The translations under genes and the position numbers were made by a program. This document shows, one piece after another, positions 30,594-40,666 of a DNA stretch of 64,000 bases. Source of the stretch: a virus (Duplodnaviria; Caudoviricetes); the IMG/VR virus record IMGVR_UViG_3300014203_000001, positions 128,001 through 192,000 of that record. The stretch is one strand, 5' to 3'. Numbering within the stretch: position 1 is the first letter of the stretch; every line of letters starts with the position of its first letter. Below the pieces are notes generated by a model that did no database searches, was not told the DNA's origin, and worked only from the letters and a program-made list of their open reading frames with translations.

Positions 30594-30704
30594 TATACGG
30601 AAGGGAATGATAGTTATAATAAAATCTGATATAGAATATATTTATCTATCAGTGCCTTAAAAAATAAAGAATGAAGTTTGTATACTTGTTCTTTATTTTT
30701 TGAT

Positions 30705-30722
30705 TATATATTATATAAGTGA
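30705..30722 (+). promoter_or_regulatory. early-type promoter
   Basis: TATATATTATA-TAAG-TGA. Confidence 0.7.
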
Positions 30723-30746
30723 ATAATGTATAAGGAGGTTAAGATA

Positions 30747-31034
30747 ATGATTAATATTGATAGGAAGAAGGGAACTGTATCTCTTGAAGTATCGATATCA
30801 GATATAAGGAGAAATCTAGAGAAGAGTAAACTAAATGTAAATCTATCAGACAATGAGTATATAAATATTATAGCTAAAGCTCTTACTTCATTCGAGAAAG
30901 GGCATGAGTCAACTGCGGTCTTAGGAATTAATGGAATGGTAAACTTCTATTTATATTCAGAAGGTATAAATAAAAAGAACAAAAAGTTATTAGAGATATC
31001 AACGAGAGCAAAAGGATTTAAAGGAGAGATATAA
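30747..31034 (+). CDS. small early protein, paralog family A
   Basis: RBS AAGGAGG; I.IDRKKGTVS..VSISDIRR..LSDNE. Confidence 0.7.
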   Translation: MINIDRKKGTVSLEVSISDIRRNLEKSKLNVNLSDNEYINIIAKALTSFEKGHESTAVLGINGMVNFYLYSEGINKKNKKLLEISTRAKGFKGEI

Positions 31035-31038
31035 GTCA

Positions 31039-31314
31039 ATGGTAACAATAGACGAAGTAAAAGGATCAGTATCGATAACAGTTTCAATAGAAGATGTAAG
31101 AAGAATATTTCATAAAATAGAGAGATTGCACAAAAGAGAACTAACGGATGAGCAATGTAAAAATATACTTACTAAGTTAGCTATTCAAATAGAAGAAGGG
31201 AAAAGAATGGGAGATACTATAGTATATCCTTCTATGGATATACTAATATATGGTATGCTTTTAGATATACTAGACGATAATCAAAAGATAAAAGAAGGTG
31301 ATAAAAATGAATAA
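31039..31314 (+). CDS. small early protein, paralog family A
   Basis: V.IDEVKGSVS..VSIEDVRR..LTDEQC..IL. Confidence 0.7.
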   Translation: MVTIDEVKGSVSITVSIEDVRRIFHKIERLHKRELTDEQCKNILTKLAIQIEEGKRMGDTIVYPSMDILIYGMLLDILDDNQKIKEGDKNE

Positions 31315-31675
31315 TATAGATCAGATGGGATTATATGAAGTTTGCATGATGTTGGGGTGTAGAAAGAGGATAGTTACTCTTTCTATTGCTTCACATACTA
31401 ATATATCAGATCCTATTGGATATGCTACTGTCATTCCAGATAATGAACTTTCACAAATATTTGCTTTTTGTACAGAAACGGAACCATCTTCATTGCTAGA
31501 TGATTTAATGATTGGGATGCGTATGCGAAAACAATACTATCCAGAAGCGTTTCATATCTACTGCAAGATAAATAATTTATCTTACGACAATCCAGATATT
31601 TTTACAGATGAGGATAGAGCTAGAGGAGAATTAATGTATAGTGAAATACTTAGAAGATTAGGAAATCTATCATAA
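31307..31675 (+). CDS. hypothetical protein
   Basis: Overlaps previous stop; terminator follows. Confidence 0.6.
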   Translation: MNNIDQMGLYEVCMMLGCRKRIVTLSIASHTNISDPIGYATVIPDNELSQIFAFCTETEPSSLLDDLMIGMRMRKQYYPEAFHIYCKINNLSYDNPDIFTDEDRARGELMYSEILRRLGNLS

Positions 31676-31758
31676 AAGAAAGAGGTTATTACCTCTTTCT
31701 TTTTTATCAAATAGTATGAGTTTACATCATTATAATTGAAGAAGGGGGAGGGATTATA

Positions 31759-33366
31759 ATGGATGATGTATATATGATTTCATTTAATAATGTAAGCAAA
31801 CCAAATAATACGATATGTATAAACGGAATCAATTTCCTTATAAATGAAACTTTTTTACTAATAGCGAGTAAACCTATTCCTAAGAATAGTAAAACATATT
31901 TTGAATTTACTATCAATTCGTATAGTAACGTTACAGGTTATCACAATATGCCCATATATGTAGGGATACATAAAGAACCTGCATTTGGAGTACTAAATTC
32001 AGATTTCTGTATTGGATCGGTATTCTATACCGATACTAAAGATTTTGATATCATGTCTAAGTATAACAAAACCGCATTAGACTCACATACTTCTCCTGGT
32101 AAGATTCTGTGCAGAACTCCTGGAATAACAGATGTTATAGGAGTCGGAGTGGATTATGGTAATAATCTAATAACCATCTATAGCAATGGTAAACCATTCT
32201 ATACGATTACTCCATCGTTATTTAAGATAAATGAAGAAGAAGATTTTTATTTTTGTATATGGGGAAACGTAAAGTGTTCTTTAAAAGGATATATAAACTT
32301 TGGTAAGAGTGGAGTATTATATTTACCATCTGGGTATAGCTCGCTATATGGAGAATATTATAGACAATCTGCTAGTATTGATAATATATCTGGAAGTATA
32401 ACTGTAAATGATATAACTCACGAGAAAGAATCTTCTGCTATATCTGGAATTATCATAGTTACTAATACACTAAAAGGAGACGGATCTCTAACTTTAGTTT
32501 CTAAAACCGCTACTATAACAGATAGATTTGAATATACTCTTCCTACTATAACTAGTAATAATTATCTAGTAGATGGAGGAAATGTATTTTGCAATCTTCC
32601 TATACCATATAGCCAAAAAATATATGTAGAGTTGTATGTAAAAGATGGAGTATTATCAGACGATTCTATTATAGGGATTCCTGCATCTATTGGTATCAGT
32701 GGATCTATTAATGAAATAACAACTAAATCTATGAGAATGCCACTATATCATAAACAATGGCATAACTATACGTATACAGAAGTAAGCAATTCTAATCCTA
32801 ATGTAACTCAAATAAGCGACGTGGATACTTCTATACCTAATGTGCAGGGTAAACTTATAGGATTGCTTTTCAATCTAGCTGAGAATGAGATCACTGTATT
32901 AGTAGATAAAGTAGAATTATATACTGTTAAAGCTACTAGTTTAGACTTTAGTAAACCTAATACTTTAGCTTATTTATTTCTACATGATGAAGGAGCATAC
33001 AAAAATTCTATCACTGGGAGCTTTAATCTAGGGGAATATGATTTCATGGATGATATTCCAGATGGATATATGTCGCTATATCAGTATTATAATCTGTTCT
33101 ATCTAATAGAATCTCCTCCTAAGTATATAAATGGAACAATAACAGTTACTCCTTATATAGTGCCAAAAGCAGATTATCTATCTGGTTCTATTATAGTTCC
33201 AGAAGATCCAGATCCTACCGATGAATCGGGAACTATATTGAATAGACTAATGAAAACTTATAATGGAGTTACTGATGTGGAAGCACATGAAACTACAGAT
33301 ACAAGTTTAAATTATCTAGTATATTTGATTAAGAATAACAATAATGGATATACTATAGACGATTAG
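31759..33366 (+). CDS. tandem SPRY/B30.2-like domain protein (late, probably virion)
   Basis: YFEFTI..VGI..DVIGVGVD...ITIYSNGK..INFG..LPSGY and a second degenerate copy; late promoter at 31723-31734. Confidence 0.7.
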   Translation: MDDVYMISFNNVSKPNNTICINGINFLINETFLLIASKPIPKNSKTYFEFTINSYSNVTGYHNMPIYVGIHKEPAFGVLNSDFCIGSVFYTDTKDFDIMSKYNKTALDSHTSPGKILCRTPGITDVIGVGVDYGNNLITIYSNGKPFYTITPSLFKINEEEDFYFCIWGNVKCSLKGYINFGKSGVLYLPSGYSSLYGEYYRQSASIDNISGSITVNDITHEKESSAISGIIIVTNTLKGDGSLTLVSKTATITDRFEYTLPTITSNNYLVDGGNVFCNLPIPYSQKIYVELYVKDGVLSDDSIIGIPASIGISGSINEITTKSMRMPLYHKQWHNYTYTEVSNSNPNVTQISDVDTSIPNVQGKLIGLLFNLAENEITVLVDKVELYTVKATSLDFSKPNTLAYLFLHDEGAYKNSITGSFNLGEYDFMDDIPDGYMSLYQYYNLFYLIESPPKYINGTITVTPYIVPKADYLSGSIIVPEDPDPTDESGTILNRLMKTYNGVTDVEAHETTDTSLNYLVYLIKNNNNGYTIDD

Positions 33367-33406
33367 ATTAAGAGTGCACAATTGTGCACTCTTATCATCT
33401 TTGAAT

Positions 33407-33424
33407 TATATATTATATAGATGA
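33407..33424 (+). promoter_or_regulatory. early-type promoter
   Basis: TATATATTATA-TAGA-TGA. Confidence 0.7.
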
Positions 33425-33466
33425 GTACAAATATATGATACTCGTAAAATATAAGGGGGATTTATA

Positions 33467-34078
33467 ATGGGTAATAAAAATAATGAATTGGCAAAGGCAA
33501 TTGAGTTGCTGCACAAAAATGGAAAATTATTCGAGGTTTCAAAAATATGCATTCCTGTAGAATCAGAGGCGAAAGATATACCTTTTACTGTATATTACGA
33601 TTTAGCAGCAGATATTATCGATAGGGGGAGTACCATAATCGATATACCCGCTATTTTAATAGCTGCTGAGGAGTTCAAAAAGAAACAAGTGTATAATGAA
33701 ATGGATATTATTCGATTAGCTAATTCTATAACACAAATACTAGAGGATATATTAACTAAACGCAAAGAATATAAGAAAAGCCTTATATTAATAAATGAAC
33801 TTGCTGAGGCTCTGGCTAAGCTTTCTGATGAAAATAAGATTAGTATTCTTCATAAAAAAGAAGGATATGTTATTTATTATTCGGATGTGGCTAGGGAGAT
33901 AGTAGAAGGGAAAGGGTTAGATATAGATAATATTGCAAGTTATAACGCACAGTTTGATATTATGCCTCCAGAAATTATTTTATTAGAAACAGAGAATTAT
34001 AGTATATCTAAACGCCCTAACAAACCTGTTGACCTTAAAGACGCCATTATAAAGATGCTCTTAAACGAAGCCAAGTAA
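33467..34078 (+). CDS. early hypothetical protein with internal duplication
   Basis: Two copies of LA.A...L.......YY.D.A..I...G..ID. Confidence 0.7.
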   Translation: MGNKNNELAKAIELLHKNGKLFEVSKICIPVESEAKDIPFTVYYDLAADIIDRGSTIIDIPAILIAAEEFKKKQVYNEMDIIRLANSITQILEDILTKRKEYKKSLILINELAEALAKLSDENKISILHKKEGYVIYYSDVAREIVEGKGLDIDNIASYNAQFDIMPPEIILLETENYSISKRPNKPVDLKDAIIKMLLNEAK

Positions 34079-34137
34079 ACAATATAATAAAGAGTGTAAT
34101 TATCGCACTCTTTATTTTTTATAAAGGGAGTGATTTA

Positions 34138-36666
34138 ATGTCTTATGATTTAGAAAATAAAATAACGATGGATGAGCTAGCTCCGTCATTGCAGAAAAGA
34201 TTAGTTGATCTTAGAACAGATTTATCAAATACTGAATTGGAGCTTGCTACTCATGAAACCAACAATTCGATACACGTTACTCAAGATCTTAAAGATAAGA
34301 TTACTAATAGTTCGACTGAATTAGCTGAGCATGAAGCCAATTCGAGTATTCATGTAGCTCCAACTGATAGGACTAATTGGAATAATAAATTGGACTCTAG
34401 CGCATTAGCTACTACAATAACTACAGTAATGGATTTGAATGATAGGACTAAAGAGAATACAATACGGGATTATATTGATTCTTATGATTTTTTAAACTTT
34501 AATCCTAAAATAGGCTTCTTAGATCAAACTAAAGCCAACCTATCAGCTGCGTTTAATATGTCATATTCGCCAATAAATAACAGACGACCATACCATATCA
34601 TCTCTGATTTTGAGGGTAGGTTAAATCTATATTTCCCTGCATCCAATGATCCATCCACCCCTACAAAACTATATAAAGCATATAGGATGAGTGATAGTGG
34701 AGCATGGGTATTTGAAAACGATCCAATTAAACCTCCATATTTTGGAACTAACGATTATGCAATTGATGTTAGAGCTGCTGGGTATAATTATATAATTATA
34801 CAAGCAAACGTGGGCGGTGCTAATGTATATCATTTAATATTACATAACGGTACAGGCAATGTCTCTAAATGGACCACATATAGAAATATAACATCATTGG
34901 TTAATAGTGTTAATATTGATAATTTAATATATTTTTCAGAATATGATACATTAGCTGCGGTATATTGGGATTCGTCTAAAATATTATGGTTAGCTGTATA
35001 TAATGCTACTACGTTTAGCTTAATAAAAAAAGTGCAATTGTTTAGTAAAGCTAACATAATATATTCTAGTTGGTGGGTTGATCATCCGTTAGATTTAGTC
35101 GTTTGTTCATACACTTATGTAAATACTAAATCACAACTAATAATTGAAACTGGTTGTTGGTGGAATGTTGCTCTTAATTCTGATGGTTTGCATCGAGCTA
35201 CCCCATCAATATTAGCTCATATATTTAATATCCCACCAATATTTTTTAAAGATGGTAGTGGAACCATTTCCAGCGCAATAGATTTGAATACTGAGTATAA
35301 GTTTGATGGTAGTGGTGATGGTATTGTACAATACCATCATAGGTTTTCAGCTTTAACATATGATTATTATGATGATTGTATATATGTAGGATGGAGATTT
35401 ATAGATGATGTATCGAACTGTTTTGGTCGAATAGATGTCAAGACAGCGCCTATGAGTAAATTATATATCCTTCCAACCCAACAGATATTAAACCCTCCAG
35501 ATACTTGCCCATGGGCTAAAGTACAAAGAGAGCCATTTTTAATGGGTAATAATTGGTATTTCAGATGTTTCTCAAATAAATATGGAGAACAAGTATGTCA
35601 TGTAAATTATAAAAAGAATGGTACTAGTAATAAACTAGAAGTTATCGGTGGGTTATGGTCTATATATGATAATACATTAGACAAATATGCTATAGACTGT
35701 GTGCGATATAGCGACTCTAATGTAAAATGGAACTATATTAATACTGGAGATAATACAATCACTGAAGTAAACTTTTCTGGTAAAGATATAAGTTTATCTA
35801 ATACTCCAATATTAACAATTCCATCTTTACCGTCTGGTATACAGAATATCAGATGCTGGTACAATCCTATAAATAATAAAATATATGCAATGGTTATAGA
35901 TATAACATCTACAGATGCAACTAAACAGGGTTTAGCATATATTCTAGAATACGATTGCGCAACTGGAGTGTATAAAAGTCATAAAAATGTTTCTGTTGGA
36001 TGGATGGAATTTTTTAATAATTCGATTGGACAATTAAAAACATATGCACAAATGGGCATATATTCTAATATATTTATAAATTCAGATGAGTCTATGTATT
36101 TTTATATATACTACTCAGGTACAGTATCTAATGGTAAAAGACTTGTTAAATTATCTCCTCAACCTGATGGGACCTTATTATTTACAGACTTTTCTATAAA
36201 TATTACATTGCTATATTCTCAATCTTATATTGGATATGATTCTAACTTTGGTGTATTTACTACGAATAAGTTCAATTTATGGACAACCTCTGCTATTTCT
36301 TGCACTCGCGATTATGTAAATGGAGGGGCGGATAAATCTATAGACACCACTTTTAATGGTAATGGGTATTTATTTTATTTTGGATTGAATGGTTCTACTG
36401 GATTGGTAGCATACTTACAGGATACTCCGATATTCTTAGGCGGTTATTATTCTACCATTCCGTCACAGGAGATATATCTAAATCCAAATAGTGATAATTA
36501 TATTTATTTCAGTAGAGACAAATCTGATAGAACTAAAGTAAATATAAATAATTTTCCAAAACTAATGGGAGATCCGACTTCAATTCAATTTAGTAGAGTA
36601 TTGGCTGGTAAGATAACTACAGACGCTGCCAATCCGACTTCGCAAACATTATACAATATAGGATAA
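34138..36666 (+). CDS. tail fibre / receptor-binding protein
   Basis: ELA.HE.N.SIHV repeats, beta-rich body; late promoter AACA-ATATAA-TA at 34078-34089. Confidence 0.7.
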   Translation: MSYDLENKITMDELAPSLQKRLVDLRTDLSNTELELATHETNNSIHVTQDLKDKITNSSTELAEHEANSSIHVAPTDRTNWNNKLDSSALATTITTVMDLNDRTKENTIRDYIDSYDFLNFNPKIGFLDQTKANLSAAFNMSYSPINNRRPYHIISDFEGRLNLYFPASNDPSTPTKLYKAYRMSDSGAWVFENDPIKPPYFGTNDYAIDVRAAGYNYIIIQANVGGANVYHLILHNGTGNVSKWTTYRNITSLVNSVNIDNLIYFSEYDTLAAVYWDSSKILWLAVYNATTFSLIKKVQLFSKANIIYSSWWVDHPLDLVVCSYTYVNTKSQLIIETGCWWNVALNSDGLHRATPSILAHIFNIPPIFFKDGSGTISSAIDLNTEYKFDGSGDGIVQYHHRFSALTYDYYDDCIYVGWRFIDDVSNCFGRIDVKTAPMSKLYILPTQQILNPPDTCPWAKVQREPFLMGNNWYFRCFSNKYGEQVCHVNYKKNGTSNKLEVIGGLWSIYDNTLDKYAIDCVRYSDSNVKWNYINTGDNTITEVNFSGKDISLSNTPILTIPSLPSGIQNIRCWYNPINNKIYAMVIDITSTDATKQGLAYILEYDCATGVYKSHKNVSVGWMEFFNNSIGQLKTYAQMGIYSNIFINSDESMYFYIYYSGTVSNGKRLVKLSPQPDGTLLFTDFSINITLLYSQSYIGYDSNFGVFTTNKFNLWTTSAISCTRDYVNGGADKSIDTTFNGNGYLFYFGLNGSTGLVAYLQDTPIFLGGYYSTIPSQEIYLNPNSDNYIYFSRDKSDRTKVNINNFPKLMGDPTSIQFSRVLAGKITTDAANPTSQTLYNIG

Positions 36667-36780
36667 AATATATACCCCTATACTAAATTAGTATAGGGGT
36701 ATATAATATTGATTTTTATATCAATATATACAATCTTATAAGATAGAGGAGGGCGGAATGAAATATTAAAATAGTACGAT

Positions 36781-36798
36781 TATATATTATATACATGA
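36781..36798 (+). promoter_or_regulatory. early-type promoter
   Basis: TATATATTATA-TACA-TGA. Confidence 0.7.
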
Positions 36799-36825
36799 GC
36801 AATATTAAAAGGAGATGTATATAAT

Positions 36826-37323
36826 ATGGAAAAGATAAGTATTCCAAACTTAGAGCCTGATGTGATAGACGCTATATTCAATTGTTTATATAAAACTAGC
36901 ACTAAAGAAACACCAGCTCTATTATTTGGTACTCCAGAGAGTAGAGAAAGAAGATCAGCATTCTTATTAGCACATGGAACGCCAGAAGGTAATATTATAA
37001 TTAACGGAGTAGAAAGAAACACTAAAGATACTCTAGAAGAGTTAATCTCTTCTGGATTGTTAGATGCTACATATTTTACTAAAGTATATACTATTAGCTG
37101 TCATGGAGGAGAACAACTATACGCTACTAATAACGGAGTCAGTATAGAAAGTATACACAATTCTTCAGATCAGATTGATATTATGATAGATGTAAATAAT
37201 AATATCTTAAATATCTGCATTGGTATGCCTAAGTGGGAAAGACTAGTTAGAAATGTATGGGGAACTATTATATTCCCAGTATTAAACTGGATTAATAATA
37301 AAAATAAGAAAGGGATAGGATAA
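36826..37323 (+). CDS. clan CD (caspase/C80-like) cysteine peptidase-like protein
   Basis: FLLAHG and VYTISCHGG, each after a hydrophobic strand. Confidence 0.5.
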   Translation: MEKISIPNLEPDVIDAIFNCLYKTSTKETPALLFGTPESRERRSAFLLAHGTPEGNIIINGVERNTKDTLEELISSGLLDATYFTKVYTISCHGGEQLYATNNGVSIESIHNSSDQIDIMIDVNNNILNICIGMPKWERLVRNVWGTIIFPVLNWINNKNKKGIG

Positions 37324-37655
37324 TGGTTAAGATATGGACAGCTAGAGTAGATTATAAAGGAGAAGACAGATTAGATATAACTATTAAGAAAGATATAAAT
37401 CCAGCATTTACTCCTACATGGAAGATGGTATCTGGTCATAAGAATAAGATAATATCATGGGAAGAATATACTAGATTATATCTAGAAAAGATGAGAGTAT
37501 CTTATATGCATAATAGAGTAGAATGGAATAAGATACTTAATATGGAAGAAGTAACATTCGTTTGTTTTTGTAAGGCTAAGCAATGTCATAGATATTTATT
37601 AGCAGATTTGTTTGTAAATCTAGGAGCAACTTATATGGGAGAAAGGAAGGTATAA
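37323..37655 (+). CDS. DUF488-family protein
   Basis: FTPTW..SWEEYTRLY..VTFVCFC...CHRYLLA. Confidence 0.75.
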   Translation: MVKIWTARVDYKGEDRLDITIKKDINPAFTPTWKMVSGHKNKIISWEEYTRLYLEKMRVSYMHNRVEWNKILNMEEVTFVCFCKAKQCHRYLLADLFVNLGATYMGERKV

Positions 37656-37656
37656 A

Positions 37657-37833
37657 ATGAAATTAGTAGTACACTGGGTAGGAGATAATGTTGTTGAGGA
37701 ATTTGACCAGCTGGTGAGTATAAACGTTGTTTATAATACATGTTTACATGCAAAGTTCAAATGCGACCCGAAGGATATGATAATACCATTATATAACATT
37801 AAATATTATTACATTGAAAAGGATGATGAATAA
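37657..37833 (+). CDS. small hypothetical protein (58 aa)
   Basis: MKLVVHWVGDNVVEEF..IEKDDE; fills the operon gap; stop overlaps NADAR start. Confidence 0.6.
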   Translation: MKLVVHWVGDNVVEEFDQLVSINVVYNTCLHAKFKCDPKDMIIPLYNIKYYYIEKDDE

Positions 37834-38257
37834 TGGATAACAAGATCGCAGGATTTATAGGGTATTATCGTTTTCTAAGTAATTTCTACTCAGCTAGAGT
37901 AGAAGTAGATGGATTTGTATTCTTAAATAATGAAGCAGCTTTCCAAAGCTATAAATGTAAATGGTCAAACGCGCACAATTCTTCTGTAGTTTAAATCCAT
38001 CTGAAGCTAAGAGAGCTGGTAGAAGAGCTATATTAAGAAAAGATTGGGAAGAGATAAAAGAAGATGTTATGTATAAAGTAGTTCTTGCTAAGTTTGTGCA
38101 GAACGAAGAATTAAAGTACAAATTACTAGATACAGGATCTGCCGAATTAATAGAAGAGAATAATTGGGGGGATAGAATATGGGGTACTGTAAATGGTAAA
38201 GGAAGAAATTTATTAGGTAAGATTTTAATGAGAGTTAGAGAAGAATTAAAAGAGTAG
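37833..38257 (+). pseudogene. NADAR (YbiA-like) gene split by a frameshift near 37960
   Basis: Frame 1: FLSNFY..EAAFQSYKC; frame 2: SEAKRAGR..DWE..AKF.QN..LL.TG..D.IWG..G.NLLG.ILM.VR. Confidence 0.85.
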
Positions 38258-38294
38258 ATATAAGGGTATGCAATTTGCATACCCTATTTATTTT

Positions 38295-38510
38295 TTATAA
38301 TCCACAACAATATAATTGGCATATATTAATATTGGCATTTATAATAGGCTGAGGATTTGTATCCCATGTATCTTCTGTTGTGTTCCATGCTACTATTTTA
38401 GTTTCATTGTCTAAAGTATTTGGGTAAACTGCAGATTCGGTAATATTAGTAGCAAAATCAAATACGTCTGGAAGTGTTTGCCATCTTACTATTCTAGTTT
38501 CATCATTCAT
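38295..38510 (-). CDS. small protein, end of tail-fibre cluster B
   Basis: Internal repeat NETKIVAW; C-terminal CQL...GL shared with 39592 gene. Confidence 0.6.
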   Translation of the reverse strand: MNDETRIVRWQTLPDVFDFATNITESAVYPNTLDNETKIVAWNTTEDTWDTNPQPIINANINICQLYCCGL

Positions 38511-38522
38511 ATTATATCACCT

Positions 38523-39569
38523 CTACAATGCCAAACGGCTGCATACCGTAGTAGATAATGTTTTTTCATCGTTACAGAAAATACCAGTATATGTACATAT
38601 ATTACTAGTCGCACTATTTACTTGAGTGGTATACGCGTATATCCCTGTAGATGGAGTTGCGGTGTAATCATATAGCCCACAACTAGCAACCGCACTCGTT
38701 GCCGATGGAAAAAATCCACCATTTGGGTCGGTATTTATATTTTTAATAAACCCACTAGCACTAGGAACAGTACACAAATCAATATATCCAGTTCCTGAAT
38801 TGTTATAATATTTATTTGACACTTTTATCGTTCCAGTACTATTTAATATACCATCGTATATCATATGATGAGGTCCAAATAAATTTTCTATTCCTCTATA
38901 AGTCATAGGTTTAGTATATGAAGTTCCCGAAGTTATTCCATATGTATTACTATTATTTCCATCTACCAATGTCGTTCCAGTTGTATCTGCAGTAATTAAA
39001 CCATGCCCAAGCATTGACTGACTATCAGGATTACCAAATTCGGTAATGTATATCATTTGGAGAGCATTTAATAAATAATAATCGAAAAAGCAATATCCTA
39101 ATCCCATAGTTTTTGCTGCAGTTCTAAGTCCTGTAATATTATTAGAGGTTGGAGTTTTACCTGGTATACTTCTATATCTGCCCAACACATCAGTGTACCC
39201 TACGAACGCTCCAATATATCTATATGGAACTTCTACCGCAACTGCTGTAGAATCATCACATGCTTTTGTTTGGTCTTTGAAAAATGCTGGGTGTATTTCC
39301 CATTCATTCGCCGATATAGTAGGAGTATCTTTTATTACACTAGACACCCCGAAGTAAAAAGATTGCGTATTAGCATCCCACTTTTTACAAAAGTAGAATT
39401 TAGGTATTTGTACCATTACATTTTGCCCAGTACTTTCTACTACTGCCCAGTCAACTGCCGTTCCGTCCATTTTATAATTAGAATTATTCGGATCTAAAAA
39501 ATACGCTACTGTTTTATCTGGATTCATAATACACCGTACCATTGCACCATATGGATTTCCTAAAGCCAT
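38523..39569 (-). CDS. C-type-lectin-fold (Mtd/FGE-like) receptor-binding protein
   Basis: VMVQIPKFY, HPAF, YIGAF, YRGIENLFG, C-terminal SRL. Confidence 0.65.
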   Translation of the reverse strand: MALGNPYGAMVRCIMNPDKTVAYFLDPNNSNYKMDGTAVDWAVVESTGQNVMVQIPKFYFCKKWDANTQSFYFGVSSVIKDTPTISANEWEIHPAFFKDQTKACDDSTAVAVEVPYRYIGAFVGYTDVLGRYRSIPGKTPTSNNITGLRTAAKTMGLGYCFFDYYLLNALQMIYITEFGNPDSQSMLGHGLITADTTGTTLVDGNNSNTYGITSGTSYTKPMTYRGIENLFGPHHMIYDGILNSTGTIKVSNKYYNNSGTGYIDLCTVPSASGFIKNINTDPNGGFFPSATSAVASCGLYDYTATPSTGIYAYTTQVNSATSNICTYTGIFCNDEKTLSTTVCSRLAL

Positions 39570-39591
39570 TTTAAATACACATCCTTATTTT

Positions 39592-40035
39592 TTATAATCC
39601 ACTTGTAAATAATTGGCAATTTACCTCTGGTATTTCGATTATGCTAATATCCATAGCATCCAATACAACAGCTTTGTCTGTATTATTAACAATTGTTAGA
39701 ACATGTTGTGTATTGGTTAAATTTAATGCTTCATATGATACAACCTTAACTCCTATATCAGAATGCGATACAATAGATTGAATTCCATCTATTGTATACG
39801 TGACACTATTACTATGATTAACTGTACCATATGATATAATTCTAATACCCACCCCAATAAAAGTTACAGTTGCTGTCGCGCCAATAGTATATGTATACGA
39901 CATACCGCTGCCTGTATATGCAGGATCTGCACCGCTATGCACCCAATCGGTAGAATAAGCAACAATAGAATCAGTATCTTCATATCGTACCCATCCAGCT
40001 TCTGGAGTTGGTAAGTATTCCCCTATATTAGCCAT
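39592..40035 (-). CDS. adhesin-like beta-sandwich protein (MANIG family)
   Basis: MANIGEYLPTPEAGWVRY..F.G.GIRII. Confidence 0.65.
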   Translation of the reverse strand: MANIGEYLPTPEAGWVRYEDTDSIVAYSTDWVHSGADPAYTGSGMSYTYTIGATATVTFIGVGIRIISYGTVNHSNSVTYTIDGIQSIVSHSDIGVKVVSYEALNLTNTQHVLTIVNNTDKAVVLDAMDISIIEIPEVNCQLFTSGL

Positions 40036-40096
40036 ACATTAACCTCCTTTTATAAAATAGATAGTACTAGATTATCTAGTACTATCTATCATTATT

Positions 40097-40654
40097 TTAT
40101 ACTTCTGTCCACACAACAGCATCTACTTCTTCTATAGTAGTTGCTGCTTCCAATGTTACATCGCATAGTGTTCTGTATGTCTCATGTAATTTGCCTTTAG
40201 TAATAGCGATAGCTATAGGCGCTTCAGCTAGTTGCTGAGCAGTCAACTCTATAGTGGAATTGTCTTTTAATGTCCAAGTAATATTACTAAACACTGTATT
40301 ATTTATAATAGCAGTTTGCGCTGCGGTTACTGCTACCATTAATCTAGTAATACTCCTATCATCAGAATCAAAAGTTTTTTCTAAATAAACAAATCCATCA
40401 TTAGCTTCTTTAAAATCTCTTATCGATTTTAAAGAGGTTTTCTTTTCAGTTTTAGCATCTGCTAAAGTTCTTACATATGGTGCGGGTGGCTCTGGTGGTA
40501 TGATGGGAGTTAATATATCATTAATATAATCATTACTAGTCCAATCAATACATGACCCATCAGTAAATCCAATGAATCCAGATGGGCATTCCTCACTTAT
40601 AGAAGTTTCTATAGGTTTCTTTCCGCCATTAAATTTATACCAATACTTATTCAT
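40097..40654 (-). CDS. tail fibre assembly-like protein (DUF4376-type)
   Basis: FDSD..S, WTLKDNS..LT, A.T.EEV.AV.W. Confidence 0.75.
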   Translation of the reverse strand: MNKYWYKFNGGKKPIETSISEECPSGFIGFTDGSCIDWTSNDYINDILTPIIPPEPPAPYVRTLADAKTEKKTSLKSIRDFKEANDGFVYLEKTFDSDDRSITRLMVAVTAAQTAIINNTVFSNITWTLKDNSTIELTAQQLAEAPIAIAITKGKLHETYRTLCDVTLEAATTIEEVDAVVWTEV

Positions 40655-40666
40655 CTAAACTCCTCC

